Source of the DNA: a virus
Virus record (IMG/VR): IMGVR_UViG_3300032218_003507
Coordinates: 1-25,992 of that record
Length of the DNA: 25,992 bases
Reading direction: 5' to 3' (one strand)
The translations under genes and the position numbers were made by a program. Of this stretch, positions 16,117 to 24,023 are shown piece after piece. The notes beneath the pieces were generated by a model. The model had not been told where the DNA came from, did no database searches, and was given only the letters and a program-made list of their open reading frames with translations. Positions within the stretch are counted from its first letter, which is position 1. Each line of letters begins with the position of its first letter.

Positions 16117-16619
16117 TGCCTACCCTGTCCGGCTCACGCTCGGCGACGCTCAGTTATTCGTGGGCAGATACGCCCGCGTTTGGAAGTCGCTCGGAGTCAG
16201 CGTCGATCATCAACAGCCGGTCGATCGCGAACGGCACGGGCTCGGGCCAAGCAAACGCCGCGTGGCGCGATCGCGTGACCATTCAAGCCGGCCAAGTCTA
16301 CTCGGTTGCCTTAGACGATCTTGGGGCAACGGCGTTCGGCTATGCCGGCCGCGTCGTGCTCACGACGCTCAAGGAAATGCGGGTGAACGTTCGCACTGCC
16401 ACCGAAAACCGCTTCGTGCTGGTCGGCGTCGTTGGGCCGGGAGACACAACCGGCTATTCCGCCCGCGTCAACCGCGGCGGCGACTACGCGGTTGCCGACT
16501 ACCTCGACGGCTGGCCCGTCACGGGTGGCAATAAGACGGTCTACATCGCCAATCCATCGGCCGGCTCTGTCGAAATCGACATCGCGTTCGTCGGCGTCGG
16601 CACAACTCAAGACACGTGA
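16116..16619 (+). CDS. Beta-rich hypothetical protein, possibly virion-associated, 167 aa
   Basis: S/T/G/A/V-rich beta-strand composition; coupled on both sides. Confidence 0.6.
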   Translation: MPTLSGSRSATLSYSWADTPAFGSRSESASIINSRSIANGTGSGQANAAWRDRVTIQAGQVYSVALDDLGATAFGYAGRVVLTTLKEMRVNVRTATENRFVLVGVVGPGDTTGYSARVNRGGDYAVADYLDGWPVTGGNKTVYIANPSAGSVEIDIAFVGVGTTQDT

Positions 16620-16627
16620 GGGAAAGC

Positions 16628-17002
16628 ATGATCTCAACGGCTCCATTGACCGCCTCCAATAACCTGCTGAATATCCGCGAGAAAATCCTCGCGTTCATCT
16701 TCACCGCAAAAGAGCAGGCCCAGGACGTCCTGACGCTCGCGGAGTTTGCCGAGCTCTCGGTCGCGCTCATGCGGGTTGTGATGGCGGCCGTCGATGGCCT
16801 GCCGTCGAGCGGGGCCGAAAAAAAGCAGTGGGTGCTCGAGGCCGTCGGCATGCTGTTTGACGAGGTTGCCGGCCTGGGCGTGCCAATGCCGCTCTGGCCT
16901 GTGTGGGCCATCGTCAAGCCGGCCGTGCGTCAACTGCTGTTGCTGGCCGTCAGCGGTGCCCTTGAGTCCATGCTGCCCCTCGTGAGGATCTCGCTGCGAT
17001 GA
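16628..17002 (+). CDS. Hydrophobic/amphipathic helical protein (holin-like candidate)
   Basis: GAGGGA before ATG 16628; long apolar helices (LWPVWAIVKPAVRQLLLLAVSGAL). Confidence 0.55.
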   Translation: MISTAPLTASNNLLNIREKILAFIFTAKEQAQDVLTLAEFAELSVALMRVVMAAVDGLPSSGAEKKQWVLEAVGMLFDEVAGLGVPMPLWPVWAIVKPAVRQLLLLAVSGALESMLPLVRISLR

Positions 17003-17250
17003 TCGCGTCGTTGCTCGTCGGTGCTGCCTGCCTACTGCTCTTTTCGCCATTTGCAATCCGGCTGGCGATCCGTCTCCTCGGCCAGCCGCAGGCGGGCCGG
17101 CCGGAGGCCGTCACCTACCAGCGGGCCATGCTTGACCTGGCGAACGTGAGGCGGCGAATCCTCGAGCAATCGGGCGGCCGGCTTGACGAAGGGGTTAAGT
17201 CCGCGATCGACGCCCTTACGCTGGCCCTCGTCGCGGGGAGTGACAAATGA
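16999..17250 (+). CDS. Small membrane-anchored protein, 83 aa
   Basis: N-terminal hydrophobic stretch; ATGA overlaps on both sides. Confidence 0.7.
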   Translation: MIASLLVGAACLLLFSPFAIRLAIRLLGQPQAGRPEAVTYQRAMLDLANVRRRILEQSGGRLDEGVKSAIDALTLALVAGSDK

Positions 17251-17699
17251 ATCCCCGCATCGCGGCCGGCGTCGTGTTGCTCGTGCTTGGCATCCTGGCA
17301 AGCCTGACAGGCGGTAGGAGCCCCGGCCCGACGCCGGCCCCGATGCCTGCCGGCCTTTCCATGAAGGGGCGTTTCATCGGCCCGACGGCTGCAGACGACT
17401 CCGGCACCCTGGCGGCCCTGCTCGACGAATTGGCCGACTGCATCGAGGCCGACGGGATGCTCGAGCAGCCGCGACTCAAGACCGGCGTGGCGTTCGACGA
17501 CCTTCGCGTGGCGGCTCGCGAGTCGCGTTGCCGCGGCGAGAGCATCGGCCAACGTCAGCCTCACGTGCGCGAGATCATCCAGAAATATTTGGAAGGGGCC
17601 GTAGGGTCGAGCGGCGGGCCGATTGGGCCTGAACAGCGGCAGGCCTGGGTGGCAGCGTTCCGCGAGTTGGGGAGGGCGGCCGCTGATGCTGCGCGATGA
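17247..17699 (+). CDS. Signal-anchored/secreted helical protein, 150 aa
   Basis: MNPRIAAGVVLLVLGILASL followed by a Pro-rich linker (PGPTPAPMP). Confidence 0.75.
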   Translation: MNPRIAAGVVLLVLGILASLTGGRSPGPTPAPMPAGLSMKGRFIGPTAADDSGTLAALLDELADCIEADGMLEQPRLKTGVAFDDLRVAARESRCRGESIGQRQPHVREIIQKYLEGAVGSSGGPIGPEQRQAWVAAFRELGRAAADAAR

Positions 17700-18807
17700 T
17701 CGCCTTTCGTGGCGCGAAGTTATGGCGGCGGTGCTGCTCTTGGCGGCGGCGTTCGTCGGCCTGCGTTCGTGGAACACGCTAGAGGGTTCCATCGACGGCA
17801 GGCTCGCGCGGTTCGGATGGCGGCCAGACCCGGAGGCGACGCGGGAGTTTCTCGCCGAGCTCGGGCAGGAGAAGTATTTCGCAACCGCCGCGCCGGAGGC
17901 GATGGAGAAGGCCCAGCAAAAAGACACGTTCCTGTACCGTGCCATGTATGCCGCGCACCAAGCGGCCTACGGGCGGCCCTACGAAACGCCCAGGCAGGGG
18001 ATCGGCGACTGCGTAAGTTTTGGCGCCGCATCGGGCGTTTTTTGTGCCGATAGCGTCGATTGGCAACTCGGCAAACTGCCGTCGCCTCCTCTGCTCGTCG
18101 CTTCGGAAAGTGTGTATGGCGGTTCGCGCGTCGAGGCCAGAGGCAAGAGCGGCGACGGAGACAGCCCGCTTGGAGGGTGGAGCGACGGGAGCACGGGATC
18201 CGCCGCGGCCCGCTGGCTCCGCGATTGGGGCGTTGTCTACCGCAAGAAGTACGACACGGTAGACCTGACTACCTACTCGGCCGACCGGGCGAAGTCGTGG
18301 GGCGCGTACGGCAACGGTGGGCAGGGCGATAAGGGCCGGCTCGACCAGGTGGCGAAGAAACACCCATGCCGGCACGTCGTGCTCGTCCGAAATTGGCAGG
18401 AGTGCGTGGCCGCGATCGGCAGCGGGTTCCCTGTCACGATCGCATCGTCGGTCGGCTTCGCGTCAGGCGATCGAGATTCGGATGGATTCTGTGCGGCCCG
18501 TTCGGTCTGGTTGCACCAGATGGTGCTGGTGGGAACGAGATTCGCCGCTAACGCCGGCCCCGAAACCAAGAATCCTCGCGACGGCTGCCTCGTCCTCAAT
18601 AGCTGGGGCCGGTATCTCGGAGGTGGGAAATTCCCGGCCGATCAGCCGGAGGGGTCGTTTTGGGCGACCCGTGCCGACATTGAGCGGATTCTGGCACAAG
18701 GCGATTCATGGGCGATCGGATCGGTGGACGGTTGGGGATGGCGCGACTTGCATCACGGCGATTGGCTGATGCCGCCGGTGGAAACTCTGACGAGGAACGC
18801 GGAATGA
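17686..18807 (+). CDS. Membrane-anchored papain-like (C1-family) cysteine peptidase
   Basis: QGIGDCVSFG (oxyanion Gln and catalytic Cys), HQMVLVG (His), LNSWG (Asn); N-terminal TM segment; GGAGG before ATG 17686. Confidence 0.85.
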   Translation: MLRDDRLSWREVMAAVLLLAAAFVGLRSWNTLEGSIDGRLARFGWRPDPEATREFLAELGQEKYFATAAPEAMEKAQQKDTFLYRAMYAAHQAAYGRPYETPRQGIGDCVSFGAASGVFCADSVDWQLGKLPSPPLLVASESVYGGSRVEARGKSGDGDSPLGGWSDGSTGSAAARWLRDWGVVYRKKYDTVDLTTYSADRAKSWGAYGNGGQGDKGRLDQVAKKHPCRHVVLVRNWQECVAAIGSGFPVTIASSVGFASGDRDSDGFCAARSVWLHQMVLVGTRFAANAGPETKNPRDGCLVLNSWGRYLGGGKFPADQPEGSFWATRADIERILAQGDSWAIGSVDGWGWRDLHHGDWLMPPVETLTRNAE

Positions 18808-19052
18808 AGATCGACGCAAAGATGGTCGCGGTGTGCGTGGCGTGCCTGGTGGCTGGGTGGTGGATGGCCGGCGAAGCGCCGAGCCCGCCAGCGGAGGATC
18901 GCCCGGTGCTGCGGTGGATCGCCAAGACCGCCAAGACGCTCCTGTGGCTCAGTTTGATCGCCGAGCAGCCGCCGGCCGAGCAGCCGACCTACGCTCATGC
19001 TCGAGTTGGCGCGGACGGCCAGCCAGTGCTGGATCATGCAAGGGGGTGGTAA
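18804..19052 (+). CDS. Small membrane protein, 82 aa (MKIDAKMVAVCVACLVAGWW...)
   Basis: ATGA coupling, GAGGA RBS, N-terminal TM segment plus an amphipathic helix. Confidence 0.75.
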   Translation: MKIDAKMVAVCVACLVAGWWMAGEAPSPPAEDRPVLRWIAKTAKTLLWLSLIAEQPPAEQPTYAHARVGADGQPVLDHARGW

Positions 19053-19370
19053 ATGAGCCTCTGGCAAGCGTGGCTCGCGTTCCTAGCGTCATTGGCGGCC
19101 GAGCCGCAAATGGTAGAGCAGGAACACCCGCGGGCCGCGGCGGCGGTGGCGGTCGCGTATGCGTCGTTCGCGTCCGACGGGCCGGCCCCGCACTCCCCTG
19201 CCCCGCGCGAGTGCATTTGCGGCGGGACGTGCCGGGGCGGCGTGTGGAAGCCGGACGGACGGATCGAGCAGCCTTGCCCATGCCCGGCGTCGTGCAAATG
19301 CAAGAGCAAGCCGGGAAATGCTAGAGCAAATACGCCCGCGTGCCCTGACGGCCGGTGCCCCAACAAATGA
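19053..19370 (+). CDS. Secreted Cys-rich small protein, 105 aa
   Basis: Signal-like N-terminus; CICGGTC...CPCPASCKC...CPDGRC. Confidence 0.7.
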   Translation: MSLWQAWLAFLASLAAEPQMVEQEHPRAAAAVAVAYASFASDGPAPHSPAPRECICGGTCRGGVWKPDGRIEQPCPCPASCKCKSKPGNARANTPACPDGRCPNK

Positions 19371-19747
19371 GCGATGAGCTCGACGAGTTTTGCGGGCGGG
19401 TGGCGGTCGCAGTCTCGAGCGGCCGGACGGCGATTATTGGCAGGGCTAGGCTGCGGGAAATTACGGAGCTCGTCATTCTGCATTGGCCTGCTCGGCACCT
19501 GCAGGCGGTCGCGTTCAACGGGCAGAATCACGCCGCGGTGACGCATGCCGTGCGGCTCTGCCGTGCCCAGGTGCGAGAGCATTACGAGGCCCGGCACGGC
19601 ATGGGCGTGTTGTGGGAAACCATCCTCGCCACGGTCACGCTTCACGTGTGCACGGTCATGGTGGAGCAGTGGTTTCGGGAATCGTCTGAGCGTCGCCTCT
19701 ACGCTCGCCTGGCCCTCGAGCTCGCGAAGCGCGAGCGGCAATCCTAG
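19367..19747 (+). CDS. Hypothetical protein, 126 aa; last + strand gene
   Basis: ATGA coupling; stops 8 nt from the convergent - strand stop. Confidence 0.7.
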   Translation: MSDELDEFCGRVAVAVSSGRTAIIGRARLREITELVILHWPARHLQAVAFNGQNHAAVTHAVRLCRAQVREHYEARHGMGVLWETILATVTLHVCTVMVEQWFRESSERRLYARLALELAKRERQS

Positions 19748-19755
19748 AGCACGCG

Positions 19756-20019
19756 CTAGCGCACGACGTTTAGGGCGGCGTCGGCAAGGTCAAGCATTGA
19801 GCGGCCAAGCCGACGGAGCCGGCCGGGATCCTCGGGCACGCGGGCATGCGCGGGGATCGTCGAGCAGGCTGCCGGGCCGGGCATCGTCGAGCACGCGCGG
19901 GCGGCCGTGTCGATCGCGGCCATCTGGTAGCGCGTCTCAACGGCCAGGCCGGCCGCCGCGGCCATAACGGCCACGGCGAGCACGGCCCGCAGCGTGTCGC
20001 GGATGATGGCGGCGATCAT
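19756..20019 (-). CDS. Small membrane-anchored protein, 87 aa (MIAAIIRDTLRAVLAVAV...)
   Basis: ATGA coupling with 20016..20300; N-terminal hydrophobic helix. Confidence 0.7.
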   Translation of the reverse strand: MIAAIIRDTLRAVLAVAVMAAAAGLAVETRYQMAAIDTAARACSTMPGPAACSTIPAHARVPEDPGRLRRLGRSMLDLADAALNVVR

Positions 20020-20300
20020 GTGCCGGGCTCCGAAGGGCAGCAATCCCCGAAGCACTCCACGAAGCCAGCAATCTCGTCGTTGGCCAGGCCTTCGGCCACA
20101 AGCCGGCAGGCCGAGTCGAGCGTGATACAGTCGGCCACGAACGGCCGGCCGTCGTAGCTGGTGTAGTCGTGCTCGGCGTAGCCAATCCAGTCGAGCCCGC
20201 GCTCGCTTTCCACGTCGTCCAAATAGTCCAGCGTGTCGCGGCTGACCGGGCACCGGCCGGCCTCTGCACAATCCTCGTAAAAACGCTTCACGGCTCCCAT
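20016..20300 (-). CDS. Acidic hypothetical protein, 94 aa
   Basis: GAGGT RBS before ATG; coupled to the downstream gene. Confidence 0.75.
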   Translation of the reverse strand: MGAVKRFYEDCAEAGRCPVSRDTLDYLDDVESERGLDWIGYAEHDYTSYDGRPFVADCITLDSACRLVAEGLANDEIAGFVECFGDCCPSEPGT

Positions 20301-20336
20301 CGTCGCACCTCGTTTGCTGTCGGGTTCTATCGGTCT

Positions 20337-20363
20337 GCCGGCCGGGCAACGCGCCCGGCCGGC
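20337..20363. repeat. Intergenic perfect 11-bp inverted repeat (GCCGGCCGGGC-aacgc-GCCCGGCCGGC)
   Basis: Read directly; no U-tract on the transcribed (-) strand. Confidence 0.75.
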
Positions 20364-20372
20364 GTCGTCGGG

Positions 20373-20660
20373 TTAGCCCTGGCAATCGGCCAGGTAAACA
20401 ATCTCGTCGAGCAGCTCCCGCTGCCCAAGGCAGTAGAGCGCCGCGTGCTCGTCGTCGTCGAGCGGCTGGCCGGCGTCGCGGTAGGCCGCTGCCACGTAGG
20501 CCGGCGAGAGCGCCCCCTGTTCGGCGAGCTCCTCGGCACGAGCCAGGCCGTCGGCCACGGGATCGTCGAGCAGGCTGGCGAGGTTGGTTTCGAAAAGGTA
20601 GAGCCGCGCGTCGCGCGGGTCGCAGGCGTCAAGGATAATAGCGTCGGGATCGTATGACAT
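20373..20660 (-). CDS. Highly acidic hypothetical protein, 95 aa
   Basis: AGGAG RBS, upstream promoter, D/E-rich. Confidence 0.8.
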   Translation of the reverse strand: MSYDPDAIILDACDPRDARLYLFETNLASLLDDPVADGLARAEELAEQGALSPAYVAAAYRDAGQPLDDDEHAALYCLGQRELLDEIVYLADCQG

Positions 20661-20706
20661 GGTCTCGGTCTCCTAGTGGTTGTCGGCCTCGTGGCCGTGG
20701 TGGTGA

Positions 20707-20735
20707 ATACTATCCGGTCGGCAAGTAGTGGGCAA
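20707..20735 (-). promoter_or_regulatory. sigma70-like promoter TTGCCC-N17-TAGTAT with GCCGACCGGA box in the spacer
   Basis: Hexamer match, 17-nt spacing, upstream T-tract, and similarity to promoters at 23737 and 25365. Confidence 0.65.
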
Positions 20736-20763
20736 GGGCTGAAACAAAAAATCCTCGAGTTGG

Positions 20764-20976
20764 CTACTCGGTCGCGCCGCTGCGCGGGCGGCCGATACCG
20801 CTGGGAGCCTTGGCGAAAGCCTGCACGCTCGAACGCAGGGCAAAATACACGCCGTCGATGCAAACCCCTTGAACGCGGCCGGCTTTGACGTTCTCTCGCA
20901 GCCAAAACCGGGTAACGCCGGCCAGCTTGGCGGCGTGTCCGATCGTGACATAGAGGGCGGGGTCGATCTTTGGCAT
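20764..20976 (-). CDS. Excisionase/MerR-like (HTH_17-type) DNA-binding protein, 70 aa
   Basis: VTIGHAAKLAGVTRFWLRENVKAGRVQG helix-turn-helix plus wing; C-terminal GRPR. Confidence 0.8.
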   Translation of the reverse strand: MPKIDPALYVTIGHAAKLAGVTRFWLRENVKAGRVQGVCIDGVYFALRSSVQAFAKAPSGIGRPRSGATE

Positions 20977-20982
20977 GGCGGA

Positions 20983-21010
20983 ATTATTGCCGATTGGTCG
21001 AGCGGGTCAA
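20983..21010 (-). promoter_or_regulatory. Candidate leaderless promoter TTGACC-N16-AATAAT, 6 nt before the ATG of the HTH gene
   Basis: Hexamer-like elements, no SD upstream of the gene, inverted GCCGATTGG box in the spacer. Confidence 0.5.
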
Positions 21011-21061
21011 TGCTCACGGTCAAACCTCCTAAATTCCTAGAGCACGTGCGGGCGCGGGATC

Positions 21062-21313
21062 CTAGAGCACGCGGGCGCGTGGCATTTGGCGGCGGCCGCC
21101 GCGGCGGCGTCGCTCGAGCTCGGCGGCGGCGTAGTTTATTTCGTCCTGGTAATAATCGGCGCTCGGGCAGTCCGGCCAAGCGGCCAGGCTCTCGCGGCAG
21201 TCGGCGATTGTGTAGAGCAATTCCGCTTCGGACATTTGGCGGCAGCGGCGAGGGTATTCGAGGTGGTCGATAACTTTTCCGGCGTAGTTGGAAACGATGG
21301 CGTAGGCGGGCAT
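21062..21313 (-). CDS. Hypothetical protein, 83 aa
   Basis: CCAGGAG RBS before ATG. Confidence 0.8.
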   Translation of the reverse strand: MPAYAIVSNYAGKVIDHLEYPRRCRQMSEAELLYTIADCRESLAAWPDCPSADYYQDEINYAAAELERRRRGGRRQMPRARVL

Positions 21314-21367
21314 TGGTTGGGCTCCTGGTTTCTGGTTTCTGGTCTCTTGTCAATCGGCCGACGGTCG

Positions 21368-21407
21368 GCCCGGTGCCGGCGGCCGGTGGCGGCCGCCGGG
21401 GGCGGGC
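21368..21407. repeat. Intergenic hairpin element copy 1 (5-bp stem, 3x3 internal loop, 10-bp stem, 4-nt loop)
   Basis: GCCCG-gtg-CCGGCGGCCG-gtgg-CGGCCGCCGG-ggg-CGGGC. Confidence 0.8.
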
Positions 21408-21413
21408 GGATCG

Positions 21414-21782
21414 TCAGGCCATCGCGGGCAAGTTGGCCGGCAACGCCTCCCGCACGCGGTCGGCCAGCTCGGCCGCCATCGCGGAAAGCCGGTCGAGCGG
21501 CCGCGACGGCGCGACGCCTTCGAAGTAGACGCGGGCCTCGTGCGCGGGGTTGCTGGCGCGGTAGGGGGCTAGATCGAAGGCGACGCGAACGGTTCCGGCC
21601 GGAATTCGATACTGAGCGTTTGCGGGAAACTCGCACCAGAAGACGCGGACGGTTTCCACGTAATAACCGCCGGCCGTTTGTGCGGTATACGTGCGGGCCG
21701 GGGCGTAGCCGTCTTCGATTTGTCGGGCCACGTCGTCGGCGATCATGTCGAGCATATCGGCGAGTATTTCGGGCTGTCTCAT
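21414..21782 (-). CDS. Hypothetical protein, 122 aa
   Basis: GAGGA RBS before ATG; fits the gene/hairpin spacing. Confidence 0.8.
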   Translation of the reverse strand: MRQPEILADMLDMIADDVARQIEDGYAPARTYTAQTAGGYYVETVRVFWCEFPANAQYRIPAGTVRVAFDLAPYRASNPAHEARVYFEGVAPSRPLDRLSAMAAELADRVREALPANLPAMA

Positions 21783-21886
21783 GGTCTAGGTTCCTCGGGT
21801 TAGGGTTGCGGGATGGTCGAGCAGGTGCCCGGCTTCCCCCTGGCCGGCCGCGGCGGTGGCCGGGGCCGGCGTGGGGGCGGCCGCGG

Positions 21887-22126
21887 CTACAGTCCGCAAG
21901 CGGCCGCGCATGCGTCCTCGTAGGCCATATCGAAGCGGTCGCCACCGCCGGCGTCCTGCTGGCCGGCCAGCTTCGCGGCGGTGCTCGAGTCGAGGGCGTA
22001 GGCCTTGGCGGTCGAGTAGACCCACCAGGCCGACGAGCCAGCCGGCAAGCGGCGGCCGGTCTCGGCACAGGTGGCGGTGTACTTCAATGCGAGGATTCGC
22101 GGCGGGCAGTAGTGGCGGCGTTTCAT
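21887..22126 (-). CDS. Hypothetical protein, 79 aa (MKRRHYCPPRILALKYTATCAETG...)
   Basis: TAGGAG RBS before ATG 22126. Confidence 0.8.
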   Translation of the reverse strand: MKRRHYCPPRILALKYTATCAETGRRLPAGSSAWWVYSTAKAYALDSSTAAKLAGQQDAGGGDRFDMAYEDACAAACGL

Positions 22127-22177
22127 GGTCTCTGGTCTCCTAGTTAGTGTTCGGGCTGCTGGCGGGATTGCCGGCGG

Positions 22178-22217
22178 CCCCGGTGCCCCGCGGCCAGGCG
22201 GCCGCGGGGGGGCGGGG
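22178..22217. repeat. Intergenic hairpin element copy 2 (same geometry as copy 1)
   Basis: CCCCG-gtg-CCCCGCGGCC-aggc-GGCCGCGGGG-ggg-CGGGG. Confidence 0.8.
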
Positions 22218-22227
22218 GCGTCGGGCG

Positions 22228-22530
22228 TCAAGCGGGGACGAGCTCGGCTCCCGCGGTGGCGTGGCGAGCGTCAGCGGCCGCGATGCCGGCTAAGGCAAAC
22301 GAGGCTTCGAGCGTCATAGCGGCGGCGTCGTACATACGGGCGGCGCGGGCCTGCTCTGCGTCTGCCATCGCGGCCGGCCAGGCGGCCGCGAGCGCCTTTT
22401 GGATTTCGTCGGCAATCGGGCCGGCGTCGCGGAGTATCGCGTCCACGTTCCAGCCGAGCCGGACTAGGCGACGGTTGGCGGCCTTGGTGGCAACGTTGGC
22501 GGCGAGGGCGGAAAGTTGTTTCGCGTTCAT
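22228..22530 (-). CDS. Ala-rich helical hypothetical protein, 100 aa (MNAKQLSALAAN...)
   Basis: CCAGGAG RBS before ATG 22530. Confidence 0.8.
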   Translation of the reverse strand: MNAKQLSALAANVATKAANRRLVRLGWNVDAILRDAGPIADEIQKALAAAWPAAMADAEQARAARMYDAAAMTLEASFALAGIAAADARHATAGAELVPA

Positions 22531-22591
22531 GGTCTCGTGTCTCCTGGTCTCGGGTAGTCGGGTCTCGGTGGCCGGCGAGGTGCCGGGCCGG

Positions 22592-22630
22592 CCCGGTGCC
22601 CCCTGCCCACGAGCGGCAGGGGTGGCCGGG
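22592..22630. repeat. Intergenic hairpin element copy 3 (5-bp stem, 3x3 loop, 8-bp stem, 7-nt loop)
   Basis: CCCGG-tgc-CCCCTGCC-cacgagc-GGCAGGGG-tgg-CCGGG. Confidence 0.75.
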
Positions 22631-22642
22631 GCGGCCGGGCTG

Positions 22643-23665
22643 CTATCGCTTCGGCTTGGTGCCGTACGCGGCCAGGCTAAACACTTCGCCGGCGTCGGGC
22701 AGGTACGCGGTGCTCTTGACATGCCATCCGGCGTAGCGGCTATCGCCGAGATAGTTGCCGCCGCCCATGCTGTAATTTTCGCGGTGCTCAATCCGGTCTT
22801 CGTCGATCTTCCAAACGAGCGGCACGAGTCGCGTCGTGCCGTCCGGGGCGGTGATGCTCAACGGCTCGAGCGGCCGGGCGGCCGCGTGGGCCTCGGCCGC
22901 GGCCCGCGTCGGCAGCGGGCCGGCCTTGTCGTCGAAGTGCCACGGCGAGCGGCTGCCCTGGTACATATGCTCCCCGCTGCCGAGCACACAATCGGCACCT
23001 AAGGCGGGGTAGGCGTGCCAGCGGCCGAGCCCCGGCCCGTAGTCGCTGGTCGGCTTGAAGGCCGCCGCGGCCTTCCTGAGTTGGGCGAACGACTCGCGAC
23101 GACCGCGGCCAAAACCGATCACGACTTCGCGAGCCGAGCGGCCGCCGAAATAGTCGGACTGCATATCCGATTCATCGACGCGAAACGTCGCCACGATCAC
23201 GCGGTCGGCTTGGGCGGCATCCATCGCGGCGCGGATCTCGTCGCGTGTCATCGTCCGCAGCCGCGGAACGTCGTCATACGCGGCCGCGTTCGCTTCGGCT
23301 CTGGCCTGCTGCCGTTCGTCGCGGTCGCGGATGCGGCCGGCCTCCTGCTCGATAAACCGGAGCCGGTCGGCCACGGCCTCGGGCAGATAGTCGCGGCCGG
23401 CGTTCGTCACGCAGTTATAGCCGAGCGGCGGCCAGCCGGCCGGCTCGAGGCGGCCGGCGAGAATGTCGAGGGCCGCGGCCTCGATTTCGTCGGCGGTGGC
23501 GGGCTCCGGCGTCGCGTCGCCGTATTGGTCAAGCAGGGCGGCGGCGTTGGCGGCCGCCACGGTCTCGAGCACCTCTACAACCTTGCCGAGCTCGGCCAGG
23601 TTGTGACGGACGGCGATAGCGGCAACTGATGCAAGGTCGCGGTAGTCGAGTTGGGCAACGCTCAT
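22643..23665 (-). CDS. 340-aa protein with motifs resembling polyvalent-protein-associated domains of mobile elements (DESDMQSDYFG; EHRENYSMGGGNYLG)
   Basis: AAGGAG RBS and upstream promoter before ATG 23665. The motif resemblance is from recall and unverified. Confidence 0.7.
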   Translation of the reverse strand: MSVAQLDYRDLASVAAIAVRHNLAELGKVVEVLETVAAANAAALLDQYGDATPEPATADEIEAAALDILAGRLEPAGWPPLGYNCVTNAGRDYLPEAVADRLRFIEQEAGRIRDRDERQQARAEANAAAYDDVPRLRTMTRDEIRAAMDAAQADRVIVATFRVDESDMQSDYFGGRSAREVVIGFGRGRRESFAQLRKAAAAFKPTSDYGPGLGRWHAYPALGADCVLGSGEHMYQGSRSPWHFDDKAGPLPTRAAAEAHAAARPLEPLSITAPDGTTRLVPLVWKIDEDRIEHRENYSMGGGNYLGDSRYAGWHVKSTAYLPDAGEVFSLAAYGTKPKR

Positions 23666-23736
23666 GGTATCGGGTCTCCTTCGGTCTCTGGTGGTTTCCG
23701 CCGATTGACCGCGGCGGCGTCGGTTATTGCAAGGGC

Positions 23737-23765
23737 ATAATATCCAATCGGCTACAACGTGGCAA
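23737..23765 (-). promoter_or_regulatory. sigma70-like promoter TTGCCA-N17-TATTAT with GCCGATTGGA box in the spacer
   Basis: Near-consensus hexamers, 17-nt spacer, upstream A-tract (UP-like). Confidence 0.7.
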
Positions 23766-23970
23766 GCCTTGAATCGGAATTTTTTTCGGGCAGTGCTGCC
23801 GCGGCTATTTGGGCCTCGATTGCGGCGAGTAGGTCGCGGGCCTCTTGGCGGTCGTCGCACGTCGCGACGTGCCAGCGGTCGCCGGCGGCGTTGCACCCTT
23901 CGATTTCGTACCAGGCACAAGCGCCGCGGCTGCGCGGGTCTGCGATTCGGATAATGCGGTAGGCGTTCAT
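23752..23970 (-). CDS. Hypothetical protein, 72 aa (MNAYRIIRIADPR...)
   Basis: CCAGGAG RBS before ATG 23970. Confidence 0.75.
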   Translation of the reverse strand: MNAYRIIRIADPRSRGACAWYEIEGCNAAGDRWHVATCDDRQEARDLLAAIEAQIAAAALPEKNSDSRLATL

Positions 23971-24023
23971 TCTTGGAGCTCCTGGGGCTAGGGGGTAAAA
24001 ATCGTGGAACACGTGCGGGCGGG

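Noticed and set aside
20764..20976. Excisionase marking an integration module or att site
   Set aside because: No integrase, tRNA or att-like junction in the window; the fold alone does not imply excision.
20337..22630. Intergenic hairpins as ordinary Rho-independent terminators
   Set aside because: No U-rich tail follows on the transcribed strand, and they lie between co-oriented genes that mostly lack their own promoters.
21086..23629. Long Arg/Pro/Ala-rich ORFs (21086..22147 +, 21136..22068 -, 22256..23002 +, 23015..23629 +)
   Set aside because: Stop-poor frames in very GC-rich DNA that run across hairpins and the RBS-supported - strand genes.
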